Notes: generated from the sequence alone by a model not told the origin. A stretch of DNA of 64,000 nucleotides from Amoebophrya sp. A120 (GCA_905178155.1 CAJINV010000002.1:9373412-9437411); one strand, 5' to 3'. Shown: positions 39,801-53,329, counted from the first letter of the stretch. A program made the numbers and translations.

Positions 39801-42485
39801 CTGGCGACGCTCGAAGACAAGAACTCTCGACGAATGCTCCGCTCGTGCGAAGCTGTGCCACGCCTTCTGCCTCGAAAAATGCGATGTTTCGAAATCCGCG
39901 CTATGTGTTCGAGCGAGCTGGCGGTACTCCACCGAGTGCAGCAGCAGACGAAGAACAAGCGACGGAAATAGAGGAGTACCACCTACTTGTGGACAAGCAG
40001 CCGACACTCGACGACTTTGTGGTGCTGCACGCGTTCCCCGAGGGCGTTCTCGCGGCGCCACTGTCCTTAGACGAAACCGTAAAAACTCCGCAGGCCGGGC
40101 ACGATCCCTTCGTGGATTGGCTTTTGGAACAAAAACAAACAAGGTCCGAAACAAGAATTACACCCAGAAACGAAGAAAGCCAAAGTATCAGTTCAGCGAG
40201 TAGCGCAAGAACGACGAGCGCCGGCGTTGCACCGGGAGAGGTGTCGCAAGCAAGCACAGAAACAGGTCCGGGAGGCAGCCCTGGAGGAGAGCAGCATCCT
40301 GCAACATCTTCTACGCTTCGGGCGTTCGGCGTCGTTGCAGCAGCTCCAACTGGCGCTGCACAAAGGAACGATCTTCCCCTGGCACAAGAACCCCGTGTGA
40401 CCGGGGAAGCGTTCGCTTCACTTCTGGCCGCACCAGAAGAAGCCGTTGCCGCAGTGGATGCCGGGCTTGCTGCAGCAACGGAAGAAGCCGCAGCCGTTCC
40501 TGTTTCTCGAGAACTACAGCCGTTTTTCGTCAAAGACCTGTTTGCCCACGAGCTAGCGACCGACGCACTGGCCGGGAAGCCTTCCCATCGCACCCAGTAC
40601 CCACTAGCCGAACTACCAGAATGGTGGCAGAATGACCCTCGTTTCCGGTTCCCTTCCGAAATCAATTCTATGCGTGACACTCGTCCTAAAAATATGCGTG
40701 ACGACCACCTGAGTCGCACACCGTGCGTTAGTTCCGGCTACTGGCTGGACCTCGCTCATCTTGGTTTCCGGGACAGCAGCGGACTGCAATTGCTGCCTCT
40801 CAGCGACTCGGAGAAAAGTCAGATGACAAAAGTCCAGCAGTACCGTCCGCACGGCCTGGTGTTCTTGCACCAACTGACAGTGGACCTCGTAGAGGGGCCT
40901 TGGGAAGATGAAACAATACCACTAGATGAAGATTCCGAGGAGGAGCAGGATATCAAATGCCAATGCGTCCGGGTCTCCTGGAAGGGTGGTGCAGACGTTT
41001 GTCATATTGTTCGTATTCGGTTACCCGAAACTTCTGGCATGCAAGCTCGTACACCATCATTCAAAATTGCACGTTTATTCACGAAGGCCTCTCAATGCCT
41101 AAAAGTAGAAATCCTCACGGCACGAACGCTCATCTCTTGCTGACACGATACCAGCAACAGCAACTTTTCCTTTTGCTGTGGATGCATGAAAGATGATCTT
41201 CGTGCGATGTAAAATGCACCGCCTTCCAGACGCAGACGTATTATTTGCACTGCATTCATCTCCAAGAAGAAGAACAATCGGAGCAGGAGGGAGACGACCA
41301 AAGTAACGTCTCTGCGTATGATGATTATGATGATGATGATGCTGCCTCTGAGAGAACCTTTGGCGCTGACTCAGTAGTGAGTGGCTCTGTGGAAATGCGT
41401 TTGATGCGTGTCAAGGTTCGCGGGTACTTTGACGTGCACTTTTGGGTCGAAGGCTACTACGATGAGGGGGCACCGCCTGCAGCAAAAAATTCTCCTGCTG
41501 AGTGCCCGACGACGTATCCTAACCAACCTGCCAGACCATCTTCGGATGATCATCTTCATCGAAAAACTTTCGTATGCCAGCGTGTGCTGAAATTCCTATT
41601 TCCATGGAGCCCGCCGGAGGATGATGTTTATGCACTGCGGACATGTCTGGGTCTGATCAGATGCAAGTTTGTCATGCTGGCTGTGGAAATCGATGATTTT
41701 TATCCTGCGCGAGGTATGGCCTCGGTCTAGAAAAGGCCCATCCGTTCGGTCCTTCGTAGATAGTCCCACATCGGGGCTCGCCAATATGTATAGGCGTGGG
41801 GATACCCGGTCGGCAAAGAGCACTACAGCCGCTCAACCGATGATGATGATGAGCAGCAAGAAGTGGCCATGTATGTTCTTCTTGATCTTGTTTCCGTTTA
41901 TTATAAGAAAAAGCGATTACTCATATTTTGATTTTCTCGTGATCGTGTGTGTGGCAAGTGGGCATGAACGAAGGGTGTTTTCGAAGCCTTTTGCTATGTT
42001 TCTGAGCGCATCACAGATGACCATTGCCACCTGCGTGTTTCGAAACCTGCATCAAAAAGAACCGCACTGGTCCAGACTAGGACATTTTTCCACCTGATCA
42101 TTTTGTGCGGCCCAACGAACTGCCTATTGATGTTGCGAACGAATTGCGGGACTCGGTCGACGCATGGCGCAACGAGAAGAACGTCCTGTCGATACCTTTT
42201 TTGTGGGCGAACCGTGTGGACAAGAAATACGAGCGCTGGTGGGATTATTTGCGTTCGCGCAGCGAACAGGGAGACTGGGACCGGTGGCTCAACGCCGAAT
42301 ATTTCACACCGGGGGTAAGAGACATGACCGACGGCGCAACGCTAAGTTTCAAAAAACTCGCTGGCCACCGGCAGTGGAGGTGCACCTTTCCGGGCCGCAG
42401 AATGGAGGTGTTGCAGCGGGCGACTGACCAAGGCCACGACATCGCGGCTGCAGTGGACGGAGCGCCCGTATCTTCTGCTCCCTAA
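24808..42485 (+). CDS. Second giant Mps1/TTK-like kinase with transmembrane helix (~5481 aa)
   Basis: IGKGGSAEVY, YAMKVV, VVHFDLKPANFL, KLSDFGLAKAI, (GT-AG intron 29380-29584) CGTWRYVAPEA, DIWSLGVILY..TPF..LFAITDP. TM helix LIVFGSIIGAFVLVSVVLLVVLALHF at ~31154-31230. Frame continuous after removing three TIR elements. Confidence 0.82.
26042..26270. mobile_element. Introner-like TIR element, family F
   Basis: TATCCAACAAAAAAAGATGGTAGGTGTAA ... TTACACCTACAATCTTTTTTTCTTGGATA, direct repeat TCTGC. Removal joins ORFs 24808 and 26098 (GSL-PTFA). Confidence 0.9.
40951..41262. mobile_element. Decayed family A element
   Basis: TATCAAATGCCAATGCGTCCGGGTCT ... CTTCCAGACGCAGACG, flanks CAGGA/CAAGA. Removal restores EEQ-EEEQS. 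Right boundary approximate. Confidence 0.7.
41629..42099. mobile_element. Decayed, enlarged family A element (471 bp)
   Basis: TATGCACTGCGGACATGTCTGGGTCTG ... TCCAGACTAGGACATTTTTCCACCTGATC, flanks ATGTT/ATTTT. Removal restores DDV-VRPNE. Confidence 0.72.
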
Positions 42486-43663
42486 ATGTGATTTTTTCTC
42501 GACATTCCTGCGCGTCCGAATCTTGAAGAGCGATGAAAAAAAAGACACTTCATGAAGTCTCCACGTCCAAATCTAAAGACAACACAGCTACTTACTTGCT
42601 TATGCTTGATGAACAAAAAATATAAAATCTTTCTTTGTCTAGCCAAGGGTAAGCCAGTAGAAACTGAATTACCTTTTTCCCGTCAGTTTGTTCAACCAGA
42701 AGAAAACTTCGGAGGCGGCGCCGTTGCTCGCTAACCGAATATTCACTTCCTGGGAAAATGTCTTTTTCATTTTCACGACTATAAAAATGAAAAAAAATGA
42801 TGACTATTTGACTATTTTGCGTCGGTAGCAGTAGGATCATAATCATATTTACTTATCATGGAGTGGTACTATTTTTTTTTGCTTCATTGATACGAGCACT
42901 AGGAAACCATTGCTTCCATTGTTCGATGCTATTCTCATTTACATTTACATGGTCATTACCGAGTGTATACGTGTTGAAGTCACGAAAATCCTTCGATTTC
43001 CCAGTTTCAGCTGCTCAAAGCGATATTTATTAATTGCTGTAACAGCTTGTCTGCGTCGAGAACGACCTCGAGGCAGAAATTAACGACCACGTTAATTCTC
43101 CAGAAAGGGAAAGCAAGTCGTTCTGACACCGTATTCATTTTTATTCATCTTTTTGATTTCTATCAGCAAAAAAAGCATACCTATTCTCCAAAGCAAGGAT
43201 GTCAAGCGCAAGTTCAGACAAGACGAAATCATAATCTCCTCAAACAAAAATAGTGAATTCGCCCGCAAGGGTCCCGTCTCGGCGGACTGAAAAAAAAAAT
43301 AGTGATGAGAAGACCTGAAGAAGAATGGAACTAAAAGCTCAAGTACGAAAAAAAAAACAATGAAAATGACGATGGACCTTTGTGTAGATTCTCGGGATAC
43401 GGATACATCGCAGACTGTTGTGTTCAAAAGACTCTTCTTTTCTACGATTCGCGAGTGTGGCTTCATTATGCCGATATTTGAATTGCGATGAAGTGTTCTG
43501 GTGAGTGTGATTGGGCATTGAAGTAATCTTTTTTTTGTTCACGACAGAAGAAAATTCAAAGTCTGCGTTTTTTTGTCGTCGTTTCTGGCTACTGCCTTTT
43601 TCTTTTCTGAGCGGGCCTTGCGCCACACAAAGCGTCCAGTAGGAATAAAAGCACAGAAGCAGA

Positions 43664-46234
43664 ATGACGGAAGCAGAAGCTGCGGTCTGCAGGAGGACTT
43701 CTGCAGCGAAAAAGTCGCGCTTGTGTTTCTCTTCGTCCATTGCAGTACTACGGAATTTCTCAGGAATTGCGCTGCTCGTTACTGCTTCGACGTCCACCAT
43801 ATTAATCACGACCGCGAGACCTACACGTCGAGGACTAGAAGCGAAGAATGCTCTCTCGTCCTCCTCGGTCACTGTCACCCCGCCGCAGCCTGAGTGGACG
43901 CAATGGTTCGAGGTATGCATTGTAGAGATGCCTGGGTCTGGAAGATTGCAAGACTTGTGCTCCTGCTGTGCTGGCGCGACTGCGATAGATAGGCGTAAAT
44001 AGGACCTCTCGCCTGTCATGCAAAAAGGCAGGAAGCGGAGCACAAATCACATAGCGGCTCAAAAACTTGTCGTGCTACCTCTTGGTAGCGTAATATTGCA
44101 GGGTGGCCGTCACTTACTCTTTACAAGCTTTCTTCATGTACAACAATATTCCAAACCTAGACACATTTCAATTCCATTCGGGGTGCCCGTCGACCACTTC
44201 GACGACGCGGCGGACCGCCCGAGTTTCAAAATCAAGGTCCTGGGCCTCTCGAAATTCGCCGCAAAGACCGGCCCGATCTTTTTCTACTCGGGGAACGAGG
44301 GCAGCATCGGGGGTTTCTGGAATAACACGGGTTTACCTTTCTCCTGGGCCGCGGAGTTTCAGGCCGACATCGTGTTTGCCGAGCACCGCTACTACGGCTC
44401 CTCGCTGCCCTTTGGCGACAAGTCGTTTGACAGCCCGGAGCACATGCAGTACCTGCGCGTCGAACAGGCGATTGCGGACTACGCGAGATTCATGGAGCAG
44501 TACAATACAGAAAACAAGAAGGTCGTGGTAATGGGCGGCAGCTACGGGGGCATTCTGGCTTCCTTGATGCGGCAGAAGTACCCCACCCTGTTCCACGCGG
44601 CCATCGCCGCCAGCGCGCCCATCCCGCAAGCCTTTAACCTCAAGACGGAAAGCGACAACCAGATGACCTTCTACGAGAGCGTCACGCACTCGGCCAAACA
44701 GGTGTCCCAGACCTGTCCGGGCTTCGTGCGCCAGGCCTTTCAAGAGCTGGAAACCGCCTTCCAAGCAGCTGCGCGACGAACAAGCAGGAGCGCTGGTGTT
44801 GAGGCAACTAGTACTTCATCGAGGCCAACTGAAAGTGAAACCGCGACGACCACTACACTGGACGAGATCCGGAAAAAGTTCCAACTGTGCCAAAACAGCC
44901 TCAAGCCGTCGGAGTGGAGTCATTTCATGCAGTACGCGCGCAACGCCTGGACCGAGATGGCCATGTGCGACTACCCCTACGCGACCGACTTTCTCGCAAA
45001 GCTCCCCGCCTGGCCGATCAAGAAGGCCTGTGAACTCGTTGACGCCGGGGGCAAAAGTGGAGATCCCGTCCAGGGCCTGGCCGATGCCGTGGCCTTGCCG
45101 TACCAGAGTGAGCCAGGTAAATAGTACCCACTCAAATTGTGGCCGGCAGCAACAGATTGATACATCTGTCGCTATTGTCTTCAGAAAAAGCTGCAGGCAC
45201 TACAACGCAGATAACTATCATAACCAGGATGAAGAAAAAAGCGATAACAAATCATCTACTCTATAACTCCTTCGAGGTACCTGCCTCGACATGTACAAAC
45301 TATTTGTCGAATGTGCGGACCAAACCGGGTGTGGCACGGACAACGACGCAAAAGCTTGGGACTACCAAATGTGCGCCGACATGAACATCGTGGTAGCGAG
45401 CGACGGCGAGAAGGACATGTTTCCCAAGAGAGACTGGACGCTGAAACATTTGGAAAACTACTGTGTGAAAAAATACAACGTCCTGCCCCGACCCACCGAC
45501 ATGGCGGTGCGGCTTGGCGCGTATTTTGTGCTTTTTTTATGAATATATGTTTATGTGCTTTTGTGACTGTCTCCTCGGTGTAAGAATAGACATTAACCTC
45601 ATCGTTTATGTGCTTGTTTGATTACGTTCGTATGAATGTTGTAGGACACCTCTGTCTCTAATGTGGTGTCAGACAAGAATGACGGCTGGGACCGCGTGTT
45701 GAAGTGGATGAAGCACGAAACTCACCAGCAGCTTGCAAATTTGATCTGTCTTCAGGCAGAAGTGAACTTGTCCTTGATTTTTTCAAAACACCTCAATAAA
45801 GGTACCACTTTGACACGCAGGGAGCTGGCAGTATCTCCAACATCATCTATTCCAATGGGCTGCTGGACCCGTGGCACCCGGGCGGCTACTTACAGAATTT
45901 AACCGACTCCGTGGTTGCCCTGATCATTCCGAATGGCGCACACCATCTCGACTTGCGGTTGCCCGATGAAATTAACGACCCGGCGGATGTGGTGGGTGTG
46001 AGACTGCAAGAGAAAAAACTCGTGAAGATGTGGCTGGGTAGTAGTACAGCGGAGAAGCAGGACATTAGTGATGGGAGCATCAATATTGCCAAAGAGCCCG
46101 AGCGGCCCCTCGTTGGCGGAATTTCGACTGACGGGCATCGGAGGCGAGGCGACGAGCGACAGCATCAAGTCCTCGATGAGAAAGAAAAAATACAGGATGA
46201 GGACATCGACAACAAAAGCATATTCTTCGTGTAA
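43664..46234 (+). CDS. Peptidase S28 family (lysosomal Pro-X carboxypeptidase / dipeptidyl peptidase II-like)
   Basis: WFEVPVDHF, GPIFFYSGNEG, VFAEHRYYGSSLPFG, GGSYGG (catalytic Ser), MCDYPY, SNIIYSNGLLDPW (Asp) and GAHHLDL (His). Start codon tentative. Confidence 0.9.
43914..44178. mobile_element. Decayed family A element
   Basis: TATGCATTGTAGAGATGCCTGGGTCTGGAAG ... TTCCAAACCTAGACACATTTCAATTCCATT, flanks CGAGG/CGGGG. Removal restores WFE-VPVDHF. Confidence 0.8.
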
Positions 46235-47204
46235 TTTTACCGGCCACTGTTGTGTTTCTGTTTCTCGTCCAAAGTATTTTTTTTGCAGATCTCCGGCCGC
46301 GACTCCGAAAAACAAAAACTTGCCATCTGCACGTCAGCATCGCTAAAGATGATCTTGCTCGCCATATTAGTCGGGTGCTGCTTACAACTCGCTTCATTTT
46401 GCTTGGTCAGCCACTGCACTCCTGTGCACGACCTGATCGATATGCTTTTTCGCGAACCCACTTCTTGCACGACTCTCGCGCGCTCTTATTCACGCAGATT
46501 TTGCAGAACGAATACTTTCGCAACCACGAATTTCTTGAATAGTAGAAGCAAAATAAAATCCTGAGACGCATCAGCCGATGAATGTTAGCCTCGTACTTGG
46601 ACCACTACGTGACATGTTCGCTTCCATCTTCATACACACGTCGTACATTGTCAGCAGGTATCGCTGAACGAAAATGCCCACGACGACAAGGCACGACCTT
46701 GTTGACCTTTATTGCACGAGGCCCGCGACCAATGCTCTATACATAGCCTTGAGTGTGCAGATCACTATCACTTGCTGAAATGTTTCTCAAGGAAGAAGAA
46801 GAACATGAACTTGAACAGCACCATCATTATACTTAGTCATGGGACTTTCTTCCCAAAACGAGTTGAATTCAAGAATTGGTGATGACACGACAAGGCGCAA
46901 GTAGGCATAAACATGAGATAAATGTTGACATTAAGAAAAATGGGTGCCAACTAAGATCTGACAAGCCGCAAGATGCCTTCAGATCCTGCTTTTTTGGAAA
47001 CGCACTAATAGCGTCGCTCCATGGCTCCTCTAACTGACTCTCATTCTTGTTCGATCAGTTTGTGTCCACAAACCTACTGTATCATATCTCTTTCCTAGTC
47101 CCGAATAAAAATTTCGCTTGTCGCCATATTCTAATTACTTTGAAACTACTACTGTTACCTCCTGAATCACCTGTAGAAGCAAGTTCGAACAAACTTCCTT
47201 AACC

Positions 47205-50200
47205 ATGACCTCCCCGTTGTCCACCGGTCCAGCCACCGCGTTCCTGCGCCAACTACCCGTCGCAGCGAAGGAGGGGGGTGTGCTCGTCACCCGTGACAAT
47301 TTTGACCGGCTGAAGCCTCTGAAGAACTTTGACGAATTGTTGGCGCAGGCGAGCGATGATATCCCGGCTTTTGACGTCAAAGCCTTTCAGGAGGTGAACC
47401 AGCTGTCGGACGAAGCTGCTGACAGTAACAAAACGAAAAGCAAGAATAAAAGCAGTGACTTCTCTTCGGTGACTGCTCCTCATGAGCTCAATTCATCTCT
47501 CCAGCGGGCCATTCGGGACGCTTCGGGCGGCGGCCCTGCTGCGCAGCCGACTCTTGTCCGTGGGGCGAAGAAGAACCAAAACAAGCCAAAGAGGACTGTG
47601 AACGGCAAGCCAGTGAAAGAGATCTTGGACAATATAGCGAAGAAAAATCAGCAAGCAGGCGCTGCGGGCCAGATCGATTTTTGCGGAGTTACACTCGCAG
47701 CGAATAAAAATAGTAGTGCGTTTCATAAGAACACGCCAACATTTTTATCGTAAGGAAAAATCCCCCCTCCCCATATCGAAAACGTATCCGTCTGAAAATT
47801 TGCGATGCGCATTTGCGACCTCAAATCCTGTCTGTCTTGCAAGAAGGCAAGTCCAGAAAGCGTTCCGCATTTTGCAGGCGGTTTGTCATGCTGTTTGGCT
47901 TAGAGCATACACGTTTGTCATGCTAGGCGCCTACGTCAAAACCTCTCGACTGAGGCTTGACATATGCCTGCACTCCTCTACTGCAAGACAAATCTGATTT
48001 GTGTATGGAAATCCAGCATCAGAAACTTCGTTTCGATATGGGGAGGGGGGATTTTTCCTTTTGATAATTTTACCGCGTCACGCCGGACCATATTCTCCTG
48101 GACACGCATATGGATGTGTCAGGATCGAAATCGACAAAATCGAAATAATTTGTGATGCATAAAATGTAGGACACTGAAGGCCTGCATTGGGGAGCAGGCA
48201 AATGAGACCGATTGCAAGCCTGTTTAGGGAGAGGCGATATGCTGCCAGAGTAGCACGACAGGAGCAACCTTCTTTGCCCAAACAGCATGACAGACTGGAT
48301 GTGGGTGCTCCCGGAATTTGTCATGCGCCACTTGGAAACTGAGGCTCCAACTGGCATCGATTTTGTGCGTCACAAATTTTTCGACTTTGTCCATTTCGAT
48401 TCTGACACTTCCATAACGCAGCTGGAGCGTGCCAGGAAGGCCGTAGCGACGGTGGAAGAAAAACAGAACCTCGCGAAACAGTTGCGAGAGGAAAAGAAGA
48501 GTACAAAAAATTCGAAAGCGGGAGTTCTTGCCCATAGTAGTACGAAGGAGAAGAACTCGCATCAAGATGAACTGGCCAACTTTGCAGAGATGTGGCGCGC
48601 GCGCGACAAGGCCTTGACGGAGCTCGAGGAACTCGGAATGCTCGACGGCGAGGAGTTGTTGCGCAAAGCAGACCGGCCCGAGTATTCCTACTACAACGGA
48701 GCAACGATGATGGGAGGTGGCATTCCGATAGCGCCTGGCCAGAAGCCTGCTTCCGCGGAGGATGGCAAAAACCCGAGTCGGCTGTTCTCGTACGCGCTGA
48801 ACTTCAAGCGGATCGAGGAGTTGTTGTCCAACGAGGCCCTCCGATTGCAGGACCGCCTGGACGCCATGGAAGAGAAGCAGATGCAGCAGTCCGATGAAAC
48901 CGAGGGGGGAGTCAACGCGCTGCTGCCCTCCCTTAGCGTGGAGGTGCGGACCCTCGTGGGCGACCTGTGCTTCCACATGAAGCAGGCGGCCTTCACGGAG
49001 ACCAATGGGGTCTACCACGAGAAGAACTACACCGATAGTGCTGCCACAACCCCGGCCGCGGCGGGAAACAAGAGAAAGGATAAAGCAACATCCCGTGCTG
49101 AGGATCTTCACGCGTCCGCGGGGAGATCTTCGCCAACTTTTAGCGACAGCACGACGACCAAGACTGGCACAACTCTAGTGAAGAAGGCAAAGCAAGTGAA
49201 AACCATCACGCTGGCAGACTATTTCAACCACTCCGTCGAACCGCACGCCCACACAAAAGCGCCGCGGCGCGCCGACAAAATGAGCTTGGACGTGGAACTG
49301 CAGCATTTTACCCGCGTCAGCCTCGAAGAAAAACTTTTGAAGCTGTTCGAGATCCTGCTGTGTGGGCGTGAGGGCATTTTGGAATTGGCGGAATTCGCGA
49401 TGACAGCTACTACGGGCGAACAAACCTCCACGCAGGTGCAAATCACGAATGGGAACAAGAATGATGACGTCGCATCCGGGAGTTCCTCCTCTCGCAGCCC
49501 CTTCTTCTCTCCTCCATCCCGCAGCACCCCGGGTTCGCAAGCAGATAATAACAGCCCTCTCGAGGGCAGCATAGTCAAAATCAGAGGAAAATTCCCCCAC
49601 ATGCTGCCAACCCCAACCACGGAGGACCGCCGCGCGCAAGAAACGAATTTCAGTGACGCGTCTTTGAAGCTGGAGGACTACTGGGACATTGGGGTGGCGC
49701 AAACGACCGCGTTTCATGACGTGTTGATCCGCCTGGTCGCAAACTACTTTTCCGATCTGGAGCAGCAGAAGCGCGATGTGGCCGCTACTTCCTCCAAGAA
49801 GAACAACAAACCTAACTTCCTCGACTACCACGTGAACGACACGATTGACGCGCTGAACCGCCAAACTATGAACAGTCGTCTCTCAGTCTCCGAAAAGTGT
49901 CGCAAGGACTTTGCGCGGCGGGGAGAAGGTCTCGCGACCGCGAGCTTGCTGACGTCGGGGTTGCTGCACCTGTTTTTGTTGCACGACGCAGTGGTGCGGA
50001 AAATGATTCAACCCGCTCGGTGCTTGAGCGCCAGAAAAGAACCGTGTATCAAATTGAAGGAGTCGAAGGACAAAGGCATCGGCAAGAATGGCAAGAAAAG
50101 CAAGTCCTTCGAACGGATGGAAGTTCCTCCCCCGGATCTGAAGAAACTGAAAACGGGTGACTTGTTCCGCATTGTATCAAAAGTAAAAATGTCTGGGTCT

Positions 50201-53175
50201 GGAAACTTGTGATGCTGAGTGGCGTCTCATGATGAGGCTAAAGATGCTGGCTCAGCATGACAAGTTTCTGAGCTCCTAGGTGTTGCCTATTCCGCATGAC
50301 AAACTGCGCTTCTGCATCACAGAAAAACGGAGCTTGTGGGTAACGTGCATGACAGATTTAAGAGTCATGCCAGACAAGCATGACAAACATGAATTCTTCC
50401 AGACCCAGACATTTTTACAGTTGATACATTGGCAGCGTTCACCGAACCTACGGCTGGCGGTGTCTCCCCTACAACGACACCCGCGCACTGCTGTATGGAT
50501 GTGTCAGGATCGAAATCGACAAAATCGAAAAATTTGTGATGCATAAAATGTACGGCACTGGAGACCTGTATTGGGGAGCAGGCAAATGAGACCGATCGTA
50601 AGCCTGACTAGGGGTATGCAATGTGCTGCCAGAGTAGCACGACAGGAGCAGTCTTCTTTGCCTAAACAGCATGACAAACTGGATTTCGGTTCTACCCAAA
50701 TTTGTCATGCGCCACTTGGAAACTGGATTACAAGTGGCATCCATTTTATGCATGGCAAATCATTTCAACTTTGACGATTTCGATCCTGACATTCCCATAT
50801 GCTGCTGCACTTGACCGACGAGGACTTCGAGGCGGGAAGCTTGGTGCCGTCGTCGGTGCTACAAAAAATAGCCGAAGCACAGGAAATATCCTGTGCAAAA
50901 GTATCGTACTCGTAGTAATTGCAGTTATGCATTACAAACCTCTTTCTCATAGGCAAATCCGCATTACAAATTTAATTTGTAATGCTGGGCCAATTTGTAT
51001 TGCAATTTATACTAGTACGATACTTTTGCATTTCATAGGAAACTCAGAAGAACAAGGAGTCAACTTCCGCGATGATGACGGGCACGAATAATTCTTTGCC
51101 GGGCAAAGGAAATAAAGGGAAAAAGGGGAAGAAGGCCGCGAAGCAAAAAGAGCTCGAACAAGAGGTGAGGCAAATGATCGAGGACACTATACTGTACGAA
51201 AAAAAAAGCCGGCAAACAGCCTGGAAACAGTCCAGCTTGCGCATCTACGCTTGTGTCACGCTCCCGACGGAAATAACGACTTCTTCTTCTTCAGCCTCCT
51301 CTTCCACGACGACGGGTTATAACTGCAACCCTGCAGACGCTCTTGCGGACTTTGACGCTTTGCTAGAGGCCAGCACGGATCTAGCGCCACCAGCGGCTCG
51401 GGACTACAAGATTGTTGGCTATGTGATCCTACCCACCAGTGCCACGAAATGGAACCCGCGTCTCGACCAAATGATCGCTGCCGGAGACCGAACAGGATCA
51501 TATAACGGGAAGAAGCCCGCTCCGGGCCAGACGCAGGTGTGGTTTTCGCCAGACGAGACGTCGGTAGCTATGTGGATCGAGGCCGAAGATCGCAGCAAGG
51601 CGTCGGGTATGGATATCCTCGCCCTGCGCGAAGAAAAAATGCAGGAGGTCGACCTCGATTACCGACATGATCCGCATGCAGGAGCTCGAGCGCGACTCCC
51701 GGGTCAACAAATCCAGACGAACATGATGAGCATTACGGCGGCGACAGAGTAAAACGATTTTTCCTCCTGTGATTTGATGAAAAACGTTGTTGTTTTCACC
51801 AACCGTTATATTTTTGATGATACTTGCCTAAATCAGTACACTTGTTGCGAATATTGACCTGCCAGGAGCTTACTCGCAAGAATAAGACAACAGCTGCCTG
51901 AAAAAAATCATAATCACCCTCACCCGCGAATTCTGCAGGTTTGCGAAGCTGATCAGCAACCGAAAGCAACTGGCACTGAAGCAGATCGAGTGGTTTCGGC
52001 GAACCTTCCCGGAGCTGCCCCTTTTCAACAACACCTTGTTCCACATGTTGCGCACGGTCCTGCAAGGGTGCACCCTGGATTTCCGGTACCTCGGCCTAAA
52101 GACGGTGTGGCAGAGACTCGCGATGACGTATCGAGCTCCACCGCAAGCGTCCGATAATTCCAAAGCTGGCTCGTTAAAGGACCGAGACGTGAAAGGCGAG
52201 AAGGGCGCGAAGGACAAAGGTAGCAAGGGGCGTGGCAAGAACAAAAAAAACGAGGAGCCCAAGAAGAACGAACAGTCGACCAGGAATCCATGGATGTACA
52301 ACTCTGGCGGTGAAGCTTCACCATCTGGGTGGGGCACGTGGTCGTCATATAATTACGAAAGAACGCATGATCCCCGAACCAACGGCGCAACTGGCTCGGG
52401 AACGAACAGCCCAACCGACGTCGAGTCTCCGCCCGTGGTGAACTTTTCCGCGCTCCAAAACCACAAAGACACCCGGGCGATTTCTGGCGCCTCGCCACTG
52501 TGGCGCTTCTGTCCTGCGGAAATCGTATCGGGTGTCGGCGCAGGCGGGGTTTCTCTCAGCACCAATTTGAACGACTTTCGCAATTTCTACGATTACGCCG
52601 ACCAGCTGCAGAAAATGATTTTGAACAAGGACCAGAACCGGGCCCGAAATTCAAGTTACGACGACAATCAACAACGCCACGACGATAGTGATTACTTCTA
52701 CGGCAATGTTGCAGGAGAGGGCATAGACGACGACGTCTATAGCGAGGACCAAATAAATCAGGAACACGAACAACACAAATCCGTAGACCAGCTGCAGTTC
52801 ACACTCGCGATTGCGGATGCGCAATCCCTTGTGGAACAGCAAGAAGCGAACCCGCCTGGCGGGTGGAATCCGTATCGCGACGGAGCCGGTCTGCCCCCCG
52901 ATGCTCAACAGGTCCTTGCTGATGTTGTACCTCCGGAGTTTTTAGATGGTCAGCGTGCCCACTTGTTGCGGCACAATGCTCTCGCGCATGCCAGAGCGCT
53001 CGGGGCCGAAGAGAGGGAGAGACACGGACGCGGGCACTGGGGACTCGATGGCCAATGGCATGAGGATGATCACTTCTCCGATGAGGATGAGGACGACTAT
53101 TCAATGGATGATGATTATAATTACCATTGGGCACAAATGCTACAAGACGAGCTCGGCATCGAGTTCTTTGGTTGA
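47205..53175 (+). CDS. Large hypothetical protein
   Basis: ORFs 47205, 48287 and 51072 join in frame after removing five TIR elements. A probable GT-AG intron from ~51750 links to ORF 52036. No recognised domain. Confidence 0.65.
47746..48066. mobile_element. Introner-like TIR element, family D
   Basis: Family D TIRs, direct repeat ATTTT. Removal restores PTF-YRVT. Confidence 0.9.
48109..48415. mobile_element. Introner-like TIR element, family E
   Basis: TATGGATGTGTCAGGATCGAAATCGACAAAATCGAAA ... TTTCGACTTTGTCCATTTCGATTCTGACACTTCCATA, direct repeat ACGCA. Removal restores LDT-QLER. Confidence 0.9.
50175..50426. mobile_element. Introner-like TIR element, family A
   Basis: Family A TIRs, direct repeat CATTG. 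Removal restores FRI-GSVH. Confidence 0.9.
50494..50799. mobile_element. Introner-like TIR element, family E
   Basis: Close relative of 48109-48415, direct repeat TGCTG. Removal restores ALL-LHLT. Confidence 0.9.
50887..51037. mobile_element. Introner-like TIR element, family C
   Basis: Family C TIRs, direct repeat GGAAA. Removal restores AQE-TQKN. Confidence 0.9.
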
Positions 53176-53329
53176 TGCACTAAGAAGTTTAGTATTTTTT
53201 CCGTGGAACTTACAACTTGTCTGTCTTCACCTGAGCACACGGCGACATGGAGATGGTTGAACGCGTTTTGCTTTTGTTTTGTGATCTCTTTATTAATAAA
53301 TTTGGGTTCATGGGTTTTGGGGTCTAGGT

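Noticed and set aside
45520-45800. Possible TAT..ATA element in the peptidase intron
   Set aside because: The inverted match is weak and removing the element plus 5 nt is out of frame, whereas GT-AG splicing is in frame.
47205-53175. Candidate transposase for the elements
   Set aside because: No DDE, tyrosine recombinase or reverse transcriptase motifs are recognisable, and there are no enclosing TIRs.
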